64,000 nucleotides of DNA from a virus (Duplodnaviria > Caudoviricetes). How positions within the stretch are numbered: the stretch's first letter is position 1; each line of letters starts with the position of its first letter. The notes beneath the pieces are model-generated. The model did no database searches and had not been told where the DNA came from. It was given only the letters and a program-made list of their open reading frames with translations. Of the stretch, positions 18,685 to 28,271 are shown one piece after another. Both the position numbers and the translations under genes were made by a program. The stretch is taken from IMG/VR virus record IMGVR_UViG_2928510474_000005, positions 4,425 to 68,424 of that record; one strand, written 5' to 3'.

Positions 18685-19232
18685 CGAGTGTCCTAGCGTT
18701 TGACACATCACTTTCGTCGCCAGGCGCAGCGATCGTCACCGTAAGCAGCCGAGGCAAGCCGGTCATTACCGCAATGTCCCACGTTAAGCCGGACGGTAAA
18801 TCGCCGTACGCACTACGCGCCGACATCGTTGAATCGTGGGCGACGCTGTTTATTGCGGATAACACGCCAGCAGGCGCCACAGCCGACTTCACCTACGTAG
18901 TGCGCGAGGATTTCCACGGCATGTCATCGGCGCAAAACTATCCGGTATTTGCGGCGTGGACCGGCACGGAGTTTGCGGCGCATAAATTCGGCTTGGCGTT
19001 CGATAAGCACGTTACGACGACGAAGGCTGGACGTAAGAAGACAACGCACGGCATGTCGCAATCGGCGATTAAGCTGGCGGTCGTCGGGAAGGGAACGGCA
19101 AGCAAGGACGAGGTTGCCGATGCTGTGCGTAGATGGACCGGATATACAGGCGAGTTTGCTACGGACGATTGCTCGGATGCCGTGGCGGTAGGTTTGGCGA
19201 AACTAATATTCGAAGGAGTGATCGCGAAATGA
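18681..19232 (+). CDS. ruvC: RuvC-like Holliday junction resolvase
   Basis: LAFDTSLSSPG, VVRED, SAIKLAVVGKGTASKDEV, DDCSDAVAVG. Confidence 0.85.
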   Translation: MTSVLAFDTSLSSPGAAIVTVSSRGKPVITAMSHVKPDGKSPYALRADIVESWATLFIADNTPAGATADFTYVVREDFHGMSSAQNYPVFAAWTGTEFAAHKFGLAFDKHVTTTKAGRKKTTHGMSQSAIKLAVVGKGTASKDEVADAVRRWTGYTGEFATDDCSDAVAVGLAKLIFEGVIAK

Positions 19233-19702
19233 CGAAATACACAGACGAGGAAATCATCGCATATCTAAAGACTTTGCGCGAGGGTGACGTACTGACAGCG
19301 GTTAAGAGTTTCAACGAGGCATCCGTTTTTAAGTCGGGGCGTAGGTACGAAGTTAGAGCGGATATGGCCGGAGATTTATTCGTGTATTGCGATTCTAGGC
19401 ACTCGAAACACTTCGTTAATATCGGAGTCGATTACGGGAGGTACGTTGCAAGTATTTTCAGTCGCGGCATATTCGAAATCCCGGCGCCAGCCACCGTCGA
19501 TAAGCCGTTCCTCATCGATATCTCATCGTATACAGTCAGTCCATATAACGGGACGTATAGCATCGAAATACAGGCGGATGGTGCAGGATTAGCGCAACTA
19601 TTCGAATTGGAGGCGCGAGGCAATACGTCCCGTAATCTCGCGGCACTCTACGCCAAACGCGCCGAATTGCAGGTGGAAATCGACCGCTTGGAGGCGAAGT
19701 AA
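19229..19702 (+). CDS. Hypothetical protein
   Basis: ATGA overlap at 19229 (MTKYTDEE), in frame with track ORF 19133..19702. Confidence 0.68.
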   Translation: MTKYTDEEIIAYLKTLREGDVLTAVKSFNEASVFKSGRRYEVRADMAGDLFVYCDSRHSKHFVNIGVDYGRYVASIFSRGIFEIPAPATVDKPFLIDISSYTVSPYNGTYSIEIQADGAGLAQLFELEARGNTSRNLAALYAKRAELQVEIDRLEAK

Positions 19703-19830
19703 TGTCGAAGAAAATCGGAGAGTTCATCGGCTACTCGATTATCGCGCTGTTCCTACTTGCGCTAGTAGTCGGAAGCTTCTTCGCACATATCGCGCTAATC
19801 CGATGGGGATTACGTATATGGCCACTATGA
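19702..19830 (+). CDS. 42-aa single-TM protein (not in ORF track)
   Basis: MSKKIGEFIGYSIIALFLLALVVGSFF...; SD GGAGG; coupled at both ends. Confidence 0.6.
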   Translation: MSKKIGEFIGYSIIALFLLALVVGSFFAHIALIRWGLRIWPL

Positions 19831-19994
19831 TGGACGCGAACAGAAAGGCGCAGATGCTACGATTGCTCAAGGAACAGCGCGGCGACTTGCTATACGATTT
19901 AAGCCGAGTGAAAGTCGGGCAGGCACGGATGGAAGCGGAGCTGCTACGGATTGAGGACGCAATAAGCGAATTGAAAGCGGAAGGAGACGATTGA
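19827..19994 (+). CDS. Small coiled-coil protein
   Basis: ATGA overlap; within track ORF 19803..19994. Confidence 0.6.
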   Translation: MMDANRKAQMLRLLKEQRGDLLYDLSRVKVGQARMEAELLRIEDAISELKAEGDD

Positions 19995-22262
19995 ATGACG
20001 AATATTACAAAAGACGGCGGTAAGCGGTGTTTACCATACGATCCGAAACGATTGGAGGCGTCACTAGAGAGCGCGGGGGCTTCGGAGATATTTGTTAGTC
20101 TGGACCGCTCGATTACGGCACAAGGCGAGTATAAGGCGGAGGCGATTACGGACGGCGCCATTAAGGGCATGCTCGCTGAAATGGACGAAAGTAATCCGCA
20201 AGCAACGTTCGCAGCAGCTCGCATTTACTTATCGCGACTATACAAAAAAGCGGCAGCAAATCGCGTGTATGACGCTGATAAGAAATACGGCGACTACTAC
20301 GGATTACAGAAGACGCTTGCAAGTAAGGGCGTCTTCAGCGGCGCAATACTGGCGAAGTATTCCCGCGAAGAAATTGAACAGGCTTCACAACTTATCGAGC
20401 CCGAGCGCGACCTACTCTTTACGTATCCGGGATTACAAACGCTGACCTCGCGATATCTTGCTACGGACCACGCAAAGAATCCGTTTGAACTTCCCCAAGA
20501 GCGCTGGCTTACGATTGCGCTATTCCTGATGCAGGATGATGCAGAGGCCGACCGCATGAAACACGTTGCAGACGCTTATTGGGCGCTAAGTAACCTGTAT
20601 ATGACGGTAGCAACGCCTACACTCGCAAATGCCGGCAAATCGCACGGACAATTATCGTCATGCTTTATCGATACTACGGATGATAGTTTACGTGATATTT
20701 ACGGAACGAATACGGATGTGGCGATGCTATCGAAATCGGGCGGCGGAATAGGTGTTTATAAAGGCAAGGTGCGTGCGAAAGGGTCGTCGATTCGCGGCTA
20801 CAAAGGCGCAAGCAGTGGTGTGATTCCGTGGATTAAGCAGTTGAATAATACGGCAGTCAGCGTCGATCAGTTAGGCAACCGTCAAGGCGCAATCGCGATT
20901 TATCTTGATGTGTGGCACGCGGACATCCTGCCGTTCCTCGACATTAAGCTGAACAACGGGGACGAACGACTGCGAGCGCATGACATATTTACTGGCGTAT
21001 GCCTACCGGATATATTCATGGAAGCGGTCGATAAGCGAGGCGACTGGCATCTATTTGATCCGCACGAAGTCCGCGAAGTAATGGGCTTTTCGCTCGAAGA
21101 CTACTACGACGAAACACGCGGCGCTGGCTCATTCCGTGATAAATACGAAGAATGCGTACAGTCGAACGACTTGACGAAAACACGCGTCCCGGCCATCGAC
21201 GTTATGAAACGAATAATGAAAAGCCAACTCGAAACGGGCACGCCATATATGTTCTATCGCGACGAAGTAAACCGTACGAATCCGAATAAGCATGAAGGTA
21301 TGATTTACTCATCGAATCTCTGCACGGAGATAACGCAAAACATGAGTCCGACGCAGTTCATATCGTCCAAACTCGAAGACGACACGATTGTCACTCGTTC
21401 AAAGCCAGGCGACTTCGTAGTATGTAACCTATCGTCAATCAACTTAGGACGTGCGGTTCCTGCCGGAGTGTTACCGAGATTAATCGCGATTCAAGTCCGA
21501 ATGCTCGATAACGTAATCGACCTTAACACAATCGAAGTACCCCAGGCACAGCGCACGAATCAACGTTATCGCGGTATTGGCCTCGGAACATTCGGCTGGC
21601 ACCACTTACTGGCGCTGAACGGAATCGAGTGGGAAACGGAGCGCGCCGTCGAAGTTGCGGACGAGCTATACGAAGAAATAGCGTTCCTTACGATTCATGC
21701 GAGCCTAGCGCTTGCGAAGGAAAAAGGCGCGTATCCGCTGTTCGAAGGCAGCGACTGGCAAACGGGCGCGTACTTCGAACAGCGCGGCTACATCTCGGAA
21801 GTAGGCGAAAACTTAGGCGCGTTCAATTGGGCGGACTTAATGCACAATGTAGCGGAACACGGTTTGCGTAACGGCTACTTGATGGCGGTCGCACCAAACG
21901 CAAGCACGTCGGTAATCGCCGGCAGTACAGCGTCCATAGACCCCGTATTCAAACCGTTCTATCACGAGGAAAAGAAAGACTACAAACTTCCGATTGCTGC
22001 GCCCGACCTCGACCATAATACGTATAACATATACAGACGTTCAGCGTATGTCCTCGACCAACGATGGTCAGTCCGACAGAATATCGCAAGACAGCGCCAC
22101 ATCGACCAAGCAATTTCGTTTAATATCTACGTCCCGAATACGATTACGGCGGGGGTATTGCTCAGCCTACATTTACAGGCGTGGAAAGGCGGAATGAAGA
22201 CGACTTACTATACACGCTCGACGGCGAACGAAGTGGAGGACTGTGTTTGGTGCAGTTCATAA
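19995..22262 (+). CDS. nrdA: Class I ribonucleotide reductase alpha subunit
   Basis: ATPTLANAG, LSSCF, SGGGIG, SNLCTEI, VCNLSSINL, APNAST, C-terminal CVWCSS; no intron or intein apparent. Confidence 0.97.
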   Translation: MTNITKDGGKRCLPYDPKRLEASLESAGASEIFVSLDRSITAQGEYKAEAITDGAIKGMLAEMDESNPQATFAAARIYLSRLYKKAAANRVYDADKKYGDYYGLQKTLASKGVFSGAILAKYSREEIEQASQLIEPERDLLFTYPGLQTLTSRYLATDHAKNPFELPQERWLTIALFLMQDDAEADRMKHVADAYWALSNLYMTVATPTLANAGKSHGQLSSCFIDTTDDSLRDIYGTNTDVAMLSKSGGGIGVYKGKVRAKGSSIRGYKGASSGVIPWIKQLNNTAVSVDQLGNRQGAIAIYLDVWHADILPFLDIKLNNGDERLRAHDIFTGVCLPDIFMEAVDKRGDWHLFDPHEVREVMGFSLEDYYDETRGAGSFRDKYEECVQSNDLTKTRVPAIDVMKRIMKSQLETGTPYMFYRDEVNRTNPNKHEGMIYSSNLCTEITQNMSPTQFISSKLEDDTIVTRSKPGDFVVCNLSSINLGRAVPAGVLPRLIAIQVRMLDNVIDLNTIEVPQAQRTNQRYRGIGLGTFGWHHLLALNGIEWETERAVEVADELYEEIAFLTIHASLALAKEKGAYPLFEGSDWQTGAYFEQRGYISEVGENLGAFNWADLMHNVAEHGLRNGYLMAVAPNASTSVIAGSTASIDPVFKPFYHEEKKDYKLPIAAPDLDHNTYNIYRRSAYVLDQRWSVRQNIARQRHIDQAISFNIYVPNTITAGVLLSLHLQAWKGGMKTTYYTRSTANEVEDCVWCSS

Positions 22263-22279
22263 CGAAAGGAAGCGATACT

Positions 22280-23329
22280 TTGACGAAGACTAACGAAATG
22301 CTATCACGCGTCACCGTACTAAAACCGGCGAATCCGAATAAAGCTACGGCAATATTCGGAGGTAAGGCGTCGGGTATTCTCAACTGGAACGACTTAAAAC
22401 ACCCGCATTTTTACACGCTGCGGCAGCAAATCCGCGCAATGTTTTGGACGGCGAACGAGGTCGATCTTACGCAAGACGTTAAGCAGTTTCCGAAGCTGAC
22501 CGTGCGCGAGCAGGACGCCTTCCTGAAGGTGATCGGCTTACTGGCGACGCTCGACGGCCCACAAACGGACATAGCGTCGAAGTTAGCGGCGATTACAACC
22601 GACCCGTCCGTAAAGTCGATAATGGCGACCATCGCCGACCAAGAATCGGAACACAATCATTCGTACGCTTACGTATTGTCGTCGGTAACTACGCTCGTTA
22701 AGCAGAACGCATCGTTCGAAATGGGACGCACGGACGCCGTACTAATGCGACGTAACGAGCGCATCGTCGAAGTGTACAACGCTTTCGCCGAAACGCCTAC
22801 GATTGAAACGGCGCTTAAAGCGATGGTATATACGACGCTACTCGAAGGCTTATTCTTCTACAGCGGATTCGCGTTCTTCTATAATCTAGCGCGCAATCAG
22901 AAGATGGTCGGAACGTCTACGATGGTTTCGTATATTAATCGCGATGAGCTGCAGCACGGGAAAGCGGTTAGCGATATATTCCGCGCAGCACTCGCCGAGA
23001 ATCCGACGCAGAATACGGAAGCATTTACGGAATGGATCTACGAAAACTACCGTCACAGCGTCGAGCAGGAAATCGAATGGTCGCGTTATGTGCTCGCAGG
23101 CATCGACGGAATCGACCTCGAAGAGATGGCAGGCTACGTTAAATATCGCGCTAATAAGATGCTGCGAATGCTGGGCCTGTCCGAAATCTATCCGGACTAT
23201 ACTGAGAATCCGATGAAGTGGATACGCGCTTATGTCGACAACTTCGACGATACAAAGACGGATTTCTTCGAGCAATCTTCGCGCCAATACGTTAAAACGA
23301 GCGACTTGAACGGGTTTGACGATTTGTGA
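22280..23329 (+). CDS. nrdB: Class I ribonucleotide reductase beta subunit
   Basis: FWTANEV, QESEHNHSY, LEGLFFYSGF, RDELQH, KTDFFE; TTG at 22280 follows SD AAAGGA. Confidence 0.95.
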   Translation: MTKTNEMLSRVTVLKPANPNKATAIFGGKASGILNWNDLKHPHFYTLRQQIRAMFWTANEVDLTQDVKQFPKLTVREQDAFLKVIGLLATLDGPQTDIASKLAAITTDPSVKSIMATIADQESEHNHSYAYVLSSVTTLVKQNASFEMGRTDAVLMRRNERIVEVYNAFAETPTIETALKAMVYTTLLEGLFFYSGFAFFYNLARNQKMVGTSTMVSYINRDELQHGKAVSDIFRAALAENPTQNTEAFTEWIYENYRHSVEQEIEWSRYVLAGIDGIDLEEMAGYVKYRANKMLRMLGLSEIYPDYTENPMKWIRAYVDNFDDTKTDFFEQSSRQYVKTSDLNGFDDL

Positions 23330-23330
23330 T

Positions 23331-23359
23331 ACTCCGCACTAAGCCGATTCAAAACGATA
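23331..23359 (+). promoter_or_regulatory. Putative phage-sigma promoter, copy 4
   Basis: ACTCCGCAC-N13-AACGATA upstream of dut. Confidence 0.72.
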
Positions 23360-23382
23360 TTACTTCTATAGGAGGCGATTGA

Positions 23383-23940
23383 ATGGACGGAACAACAGCG
23401 CAAGCAATCGAAATAGAACTCGCCAAAGAAGCGATAATACAAGTCGGATTCAAACGGCTATCTCCGGACGCCGTAATCCCAACGAAAGCACACGCAAGCG
23501 ATTCCGGCTTTGATCTCGTAGCAAGCGCCGACGTAATTATCGAGCCGGGCGAAACGGTAGTCGTGCCTACGGGGATTGCCGTTCAGCTTCCGGCGGGATA
23601 CGAAGCGACGGTGAGACCGAGGTCGGGTGTTACGAGTAAGACGAAATTACGCGTTCAGCTTGGGACGATTGATAATGGATATGTCGGAGATATCGGTGTT
23701 ATTGTCGATAACGTTTCGAGCGTCTGGCGATCGCGATTACGGAGTTATCCGATGTATTTAACCGGCAAGAAAGCGCTGGTCAAGCACGGGCTACACGCTA
23801 GCGGTACGTACTTAATCCGCAAAGGCGACCGCATCGCGCAGCTAGTTATCACACGCCTGCCTGACGTTGAAGCTGTCGAAGTGTTTGACGTGGGGGAGAC
23901 GCAGCGTGGGGCGAATGGCTTCGGATCGAGCGGGGTATGA
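23383..23940 (+). CDS. dut: Trimeric dUTPase
   Basis: SGFDL, RPRSG, GTIDNGYVGDIG, GDRIAQL, RGANGFGSSG. Confidence 0.95.
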   Translation: MDGTTAQAIEIELAKEAIIQVGFKRLSPDAVIPTKAHASDSGFDLVASADVIIEPGETVVVPTGIAVQLPAGYEATVRPRSGVTSKTKLRVQLGTIDNGYVGDIGVIVDNVSSVWRSRLRSYPMYLTGKKALVKHGLHASGTYLIRKGDRIAQLVITRLPDVEAVEVFDVGETQRGANGFGSSGV

Positions 23941-24155
23941 GGGCGTATACCTTTGACTATGAGGCGTCAGACGGTAAGGTGTGTTGCTTCTACGCCGATA
24001 CTCGTAAGCGACGACTACTTATCGCGTGGGCATCGGGAAATTGGAGCACGAAAGGGAAGGAGCGTAAAATTCCGCTTTGGATTACGCGTAAAGGTGAGTT
24101 ATTCGCGTGGCGTCTTGCCGTGCGGTTTGGAAAACGAAAGGAAGCGATTGAATGA
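23937..24155 (+). CDS. Hypothetical protein
   Basis: ATGA coupling at both ends. Confidence 0.55.
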   Translation: MRAYTFDYEASDGKVCCFYADTRKRRLLIAWASGNWSTKGKERKIPLWITRKGELFAWRLAVRFGKRKEAIE

Positions 24156-24916
24156 CGCAAACACAACGTAAAGTAACGCTCATAGCACATACGCAATTAT
24201 CGAAGGAATTTCGCAGTCAAGTCAGCGTATTACTGGACGACTTACACTTTCGCGGGAATCAAGTAACTGACGGACAAGCCGTAGCACTAACCGCAATTCG
24301 CACATGCTATTCGCCGAATAAACCGTCGGAAATCGTCGCAAAGGAAGGCGCACGCTACTTCGGTAAGAAGGCGACAGATGGCGAAGGCGGTACGGAAGCT
24401 GACCGATTGATCCGATTCATTATGCGTAGCGGTCATACGAGTACTACGGAGCACATTTCGTTCACCTTTGCGATTGAAGGCGTTAGCCGGGCGTTACTGG
24501 CGCAACTCACACGCCACCGAGTCGGCTTTTCATTTAGCGTTCAGTCACAGCGTTATGTGCGGTTTGGCAGTGGAGATAAGTCGGGAGGCTTCGATTATGT
24601 ATTACCAGATTCTGCCCGAGATAACGGAGGAGCGGAAGCTATTTTCAAGGCGACTATGGCGCATGCACAGAGTACCTACGATTACTTACGGAAAAACGGC
24701 GTCCCATCCGAAGATGCCCGTGCAGTCCTACCGAATGCAGCGGCGTGTAACCTCGTATTGACTGGCAACCTACGATCAATCATCGAATTCTATGGTAAGC
24801 GCAAAGCGGGCAACGGAGCGCAGGCGGAAATAGCCGGACTCGCCGAAGATTTACGAGCTGCAGTCGTCAAGGTAGAGCCGTGGACCGGCGCTTTCTTCGA
24901 GGGAGGCCGTAAATAA
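24152..24916 (+). CDS. thyX: Flavin-dependent thymidylate synthase
   Basis: GHTSTTEH, SRALLAQLTRHR, SVQSQRYV, EDARAVLPNA, AQAEI. Confidence 0.96.
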   Translation: MTQTQRKVTLIAHTQLSKEFRSQVSVLLDDLHFRGNQVTDGQAVALTAIRTCYSPNKPSEIVAKEGARYFGKKATDGEGGTEADRLIRFIMRSGHTSTTEHISFTFAIEGVSRALLAQLTRHRVGFSFSVQSQRYVRFGSGDKSGGFDYVLPDSARDNGGAEAIFKATMAHAQSTYDYLRKNGVPSEDARAVLPNAAACNLVLTGNLRSIIEFYGKRKAGNGAQAEIAGLAEDLRAAVVKVEPWTGAFFEGGRK

Positions 24917-25536
24917 TGCGGAGGCTAATCGTCGCAGCAATCATCGCCTCAACGATATTCCTAACGGCCAGCTTCGGCAAGCCAGACCCCGACGAAGACG
25001 CCCGACCCAATGCGCTCGCTGACGTAAACGCGACTATTGCCGCAGTTGAAGCGGAAGCGAGCGACAGAAATTATAAGGCGCTAGTTGCGGCAGTATTAGC
25101 GGAGCGGAAACGCCTAGCAGCAGTCGAGGCAAAACGTAAGCAGGCGTTACTGGCGAAAGCTCAATCGGTCCAATCGGCCCAAAGTAAGCAACCGTCGCGC
25201 TCGCAGGATTACGTTGGCAAGGCGCAGGCATTTACTGCCACGGCGTATACTGCGGGGTGTTCGGGCTGCTCTGGCATTACGAAGACCGGCGTCAATTTGC
25301 GCCAATCGATATATCACGAAGGCAAGCGTGTAATCGCAGTCGATCCTCGGTACATTCCGTTGGGGTCAATCGTGAGGGTTACGTTAGCAGACGGCAGTAG
25401 TTTCGAGGCAATCGCCGAAGATGTGGGCGGGGCCATTCGCGGAAGTATTATCGACGTGGCGCATGAAACGAAGGCAGACGCAAATAGATTCGGCAGGCAA
25501 TCGGTTGAGGTACGGATGATACGGAAGGGGCGATAG
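24916..25536 (+). CDS. Secreted/membrane-anchored 3D-domain (MltA-like) cell-wall protein
   Basis: N-terminal signal/TM, coiled coil, FTATAY, VIAVDPRYIPLGS, AEDVGGAIRGSIIDV. Confidence 0.88.
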   Translation: MRRLIVAAIIASTIFLTASFGKPDPDEDARPNALADVNATIAAVEAEASDRNYKALVAAVLAERKRLAAVEAKRKQALLAKAQSVQSAQSKQPSRSQDYVGKAQAFTATAYTAGCSGCSGITKTGVNLRQSIYHEGKRVIAVDPRYIPLGSIVRVTLADGSSFEAIAEDVGGAIRGSIIDVAHETKADANRFGRQSVEVRMIRKGR

Positions 25537-25538
25537 TT

Positions 25539-26135
25539 ATGTTGAGGAAAACACCGGAAGTTGGCGAGAAGGTTCGCTTTATTGGATGCGTTGTGGGTTA
25601 TGGCGCTATTACATTCGGAGGAGAGTATGAAGTGATTCAAAGAAGCGAAGAATACGCCGTTATATTAGACGATAAGCAGAAGAGGCGCTTCTTAAAGGAA
25701 GGGAACGAGAAGTATGAGATTGTGGCGGACGTATACGCTTTAATCGCGAATCTTGGACGCAGGCTACACGAAGTCGAAACGGCGCTTGAGACGGCTAAGG
25801 AACGCGATTACTATGTCGGTATGGTCGAGGCGTACTCGGATATGAGCGAAGAACCCGTAGATGTTAAAGTCGCTGATAGGCCGGCACAAATCGGAGCGGT
25901 CTGCGATAAGGTGCGCGACCTACTGATACGTAAGAACCACGATTATGGCGATAGTTTCGCGCAACAATACGCAAAGTACGGCCTGCAATCGGCCCTCATT
26001 CGCATGGACGATAAAATGCGTCGACTCGAAACGCTGGCGGACGGTGAGCAGGCGCAAGTAGCGGAATCAATCGAGGATACGCTTATGGATTTAGCGGGTT
26101 ATGCGTTGCTTGCGCTAGTCGAGGCGTCCGAATGA
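25539..26135 (+). CDS. Protein with C-terminal DUF1599 / nucleotide-modification-associated domain
   Basis: RKNHDYGDSF...IRMDDKMRRL...ESIEDTLMDLAGYALL. Confidence 0.75.
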   Translation: MLRKTPEVGEKVRFIGCVVGYGAITFGGEYEVIQRSEEYAVILDDKQKRRFLKEGNEKYEIVADVYALIANLGRRLHEVETALETAKERDYYVGMVEAYSDMSEEPVDVKVADRPAQIGAVCDKVRDLLIRKNHDYGDSFAQQYAKYGLQSALIRMDDKMRRLETLADGEQAQVAESIEDTLMDLAGYALLALVEASE

Positions 26136-26374
26136 AGCACGTCCCATACAATCCGCAAACCAGAGCGGATTCCTTCGCGCAGCTAACAGCCGAAGGCATG
26201 GACGCAGACAGGGCATTCGTTGTGCTGACGATTGTGGCCGCGAATATGGCGCCCGGCATGCTGGACGGCGAGCATATGGCGGGCATTCGAGAGCTGGCGC
26301 GGGTTTATACGGAGTATACCGGGCAGGAATCGTTGTTGGTGGGCGGAACTACCGAAAGGGGAGCGATAATATGA
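26132..26374 (+). CDS. Hypothetical protein
   Basis: ATGA coupling at both ends. Confidence 0.6.
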   Translation: MKHVPYNPQTRADSFAQLTAEGMDADRAFVVLTIVAANMAPGMLDGEHMAGIRELARVYTEYTGQESLLVGGTTERGAII

Positions 26375-27030
26375 CGAAGTTGAAGGTACTCGAATTATTC
26401 GCAGGCACGCGGAGCATCGGAAAGGCGTTCGAAGCGCAAGGCCACGAAGTATTTTCCGTCGAGATTGACACGCAGCATAGTGATATCGATTGGTACGCTG
26501 ACATCGGCAAGATTAGCGCGGCGGATATCCTCGAAAGGTTCGGCCGTCCCGACGTAATATGGGCATCGCCGGACTGCACATCGTATTCGATCGCAGCTAT
26601 ATCGCATCACCGGACACGCGAAGAAGACGGCAACCTAGCGCCTAAATCGGATTATGCGAAGCTGTCGGACGATGTAAACGCGAATGTTCTGAAGCTAATC
26701 CGCGATTTGGCGCCGGACTACTACTTTATCGAGAATCCGCGCGGTGGCATGCGGAAAATGGCGTTCATGGCCGGCTTACCGCGCTATACCGTCTGGTACT
26801 GCACGTATGGCGATACGCGAGCCAAGCCGACGGATATATGGACGAATCATCCCGATCCGCAGTTTAAGCCGGTATGCAAGAACGGCAATAAAGACTGCCA
26901 CCATCAACCGGCACCGCGAGGCAGCCAAGGAGGCACGCAAGGACTCAAGGGAAGCGTCGAAAGGTCACGGATTCCAGCGGAGTTATGCGAGCATATCGTG
27001 GCTATTTCGAATTTACATCCGTCAACTTAA
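26371..27030 (+). CDS. Compact C5-cytosine DNA methyltransferase
   Basis: VLELFAG (motif I), IWASPDC (motif IV), IENP (motif VI), K-x-T motif VIII variant, RSRIP (motif X); no obvious TRD. Confidence 0.85.
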   Translation: MTKLKVLELFAGTRSIGKAFEAQGHEVFSVEIDTQHSDIDWYADIGKISAADILERFGRPDVIWASPDCTSYSIAAISHHRTREEDGNLAPKSDYAKLSDDVNANVLKLIRDLAPDYYFIENPRGGMRKMAFMAGLPRYTVWYCTYGDTRAKPTDIWTNHPDPQFKPVCKNGNKDCHHQPAPRGSQGGTQGLKGSVERSRIPAELCEHIVAISNLHPST

Positions 27031-27394
27031 ACAGAAACACGCCGGCAGCCGTCCCACTGCGCTGCAGCTCGAATGTAAACGGCGCTAAGTCGATGTCATA
27101 ACGGTATTCAGCGACAAATCGGCGCGCACTCATATAATGGCGCTTGTCCACGAAGTAATTCGTCGATGAAACGGCGCTCGCTGCGTTACCTGTCAGTATG
27201 GCAAGCGTATGTTCAGCGGGATTATACGCTAAAGACACGCGATCATGCGCCTTGATGCCGATTAATTTGCGCAAAGTAGCGTTCAGGTAAAATCGTTTGT
27301 GCTTATCGAGCGTAATAAACGGGATGCCATCGCTGGGAACCGATTCAAAGCCGGCAAGTAGCGGGTCGATGTCGGATAAAGTGGCGTTAGTCAT
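27002..27394 (-). CDS. AbrB/MraZ-like swapped-hairpin DNA-binding protein (putative)
   Basis: ITLDKHKRFYLNATLRKLIGIKAHDRVSLAYN pattern; ATG at 27394. Confidence 0.5.
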   Translation of the reverse strand: MTNATLSDIDPLLAGFESVPSDGIPFITLDKHKRFYLNATLRKLIGIKAHDRVSLAYNPAEHTLAILTGNAASAVSSTNYFVDKRHYMSARRFVAEYRYDIDLAPFTFELQRSGTAAGVFLFKLTDVNSK

Positions 27395-27491
27395 TGGGAA
27401 CACGTCCAATCTACGAATATTTAACGTAATTATAACGCAAGTATGGGCGTGTTGCAACGATATTAAACGTTAACAGCGAAAAAGACGCCGG

Positions 27492-27710
27492 TTAGGGCGC
27501 CTTTATTACGGCTTGGTACGTATAATCCGCATCCTCGACGAAATGATGTCCGGGGACATTCGCCAGTATTGCGCCGACGACCTCGGCATTATCGCGGATC
27601 AGCCGCGCGGTTAACAGGCCGATTAAAGCCGCAGCAGACTCGCAATTGCGGGTTGACACGAGGACGCTCGACGATTTGTAGCGTTTGTGCGTGAGTAATA
27701 CGTATTTCAT
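27492..27710 (-). CDS. Hypothetical protein
   Basis: ATG at 27710 with SD GGAGGT; within track ORF 27492..27812. Confidence 0.6.
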   Translation of the reverse strand: MKYVLLTHKRYKSSSVLVSTRNCESAAALIGLLTARLIRDNAEVVGAILANVPGHHFVEDADYTYQAVIKAP

Positions 27711-27777
27711 TCGATGACCTCCGTTTTTTAGTTTATATCGATAGTATACGCAAGGGTGAACGAAATAGAACCGAAGG

Positions 27778-27981
27778 GTGGACGATATAATGACGAAGGA
27801 GATATGCGGCAATTGTGCGTACTGGAAATCGACGGTGTACGACTACGGCGAATGTTCCGAGATAGGTGGCGCGATGGAACTCGACGTTATCGCTGGATGG
27901 GATGGTGGATACGTCCGTACTATTGAAACGGAAAAGAGCTTCGGATGCGTTCTATTCGTGGCTGACGGTGTAAACGAATGA
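27778..27981 (+). CDS. Small Cys-containing hypothetical protein
   Basis: CGNCAYW...GEC...FGC; ATGA coupling to the next gene. Confidence 0.6.
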   Translation: MDDIMTKEICGNCAYWKSTVYDYGECSEIGGAMELDVIAGWDGGYVRTIETEKSFGCVLFVADGVNE

Positions 27982-28271
27982 CCGAAGCACGCGCAATCCT
28001 AACGAATTACCACGCCCTCACCGAGCGCCAATACGTAGGCGACACCGATGCCATCTGCGCCTTGCTAGACCTCGCTACGGCGGTTGCAAAGGCGCAGCTG
28101 ACCGATAGGCAGGCGCAAGCACTTCGGCTTATTTACGGCGAGGGAATGACGCAGAAGGACGCGGGGTTGGCGATGGGGATATCGCAAGATAACGTAAGTA
28201 GACTCGCTTTAACTGCGTTAACGAAAGTACAGGCGCAAATCGATCTTATAGAAGCGGAGGAAATCGGATGA
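27978..28271 (+). CDS. Sigma-70 region-4-like HTH regulator (candidate late activator)
   Basis: LTDRQAQALRLIYGEGMTQKDAGLAMGISQDNVSRL. Confidence 0.8.
   Translation: MTEARAILTNYHALTERQYVGDTDAICALLDLATAVAKAQLTDRQAQALRLIYGEGMTQKDAGLAMGISQDNVSRLALTALTKVQAQIDLIEAEEIG

Noticed and set aside
19995-23329. Intron or intein in nrdA/nrdB, common in Bacillus phages
   Set aside because: Both ORFs are continuous and of normal length, with no C/S...HN-C/S/T intein signature.
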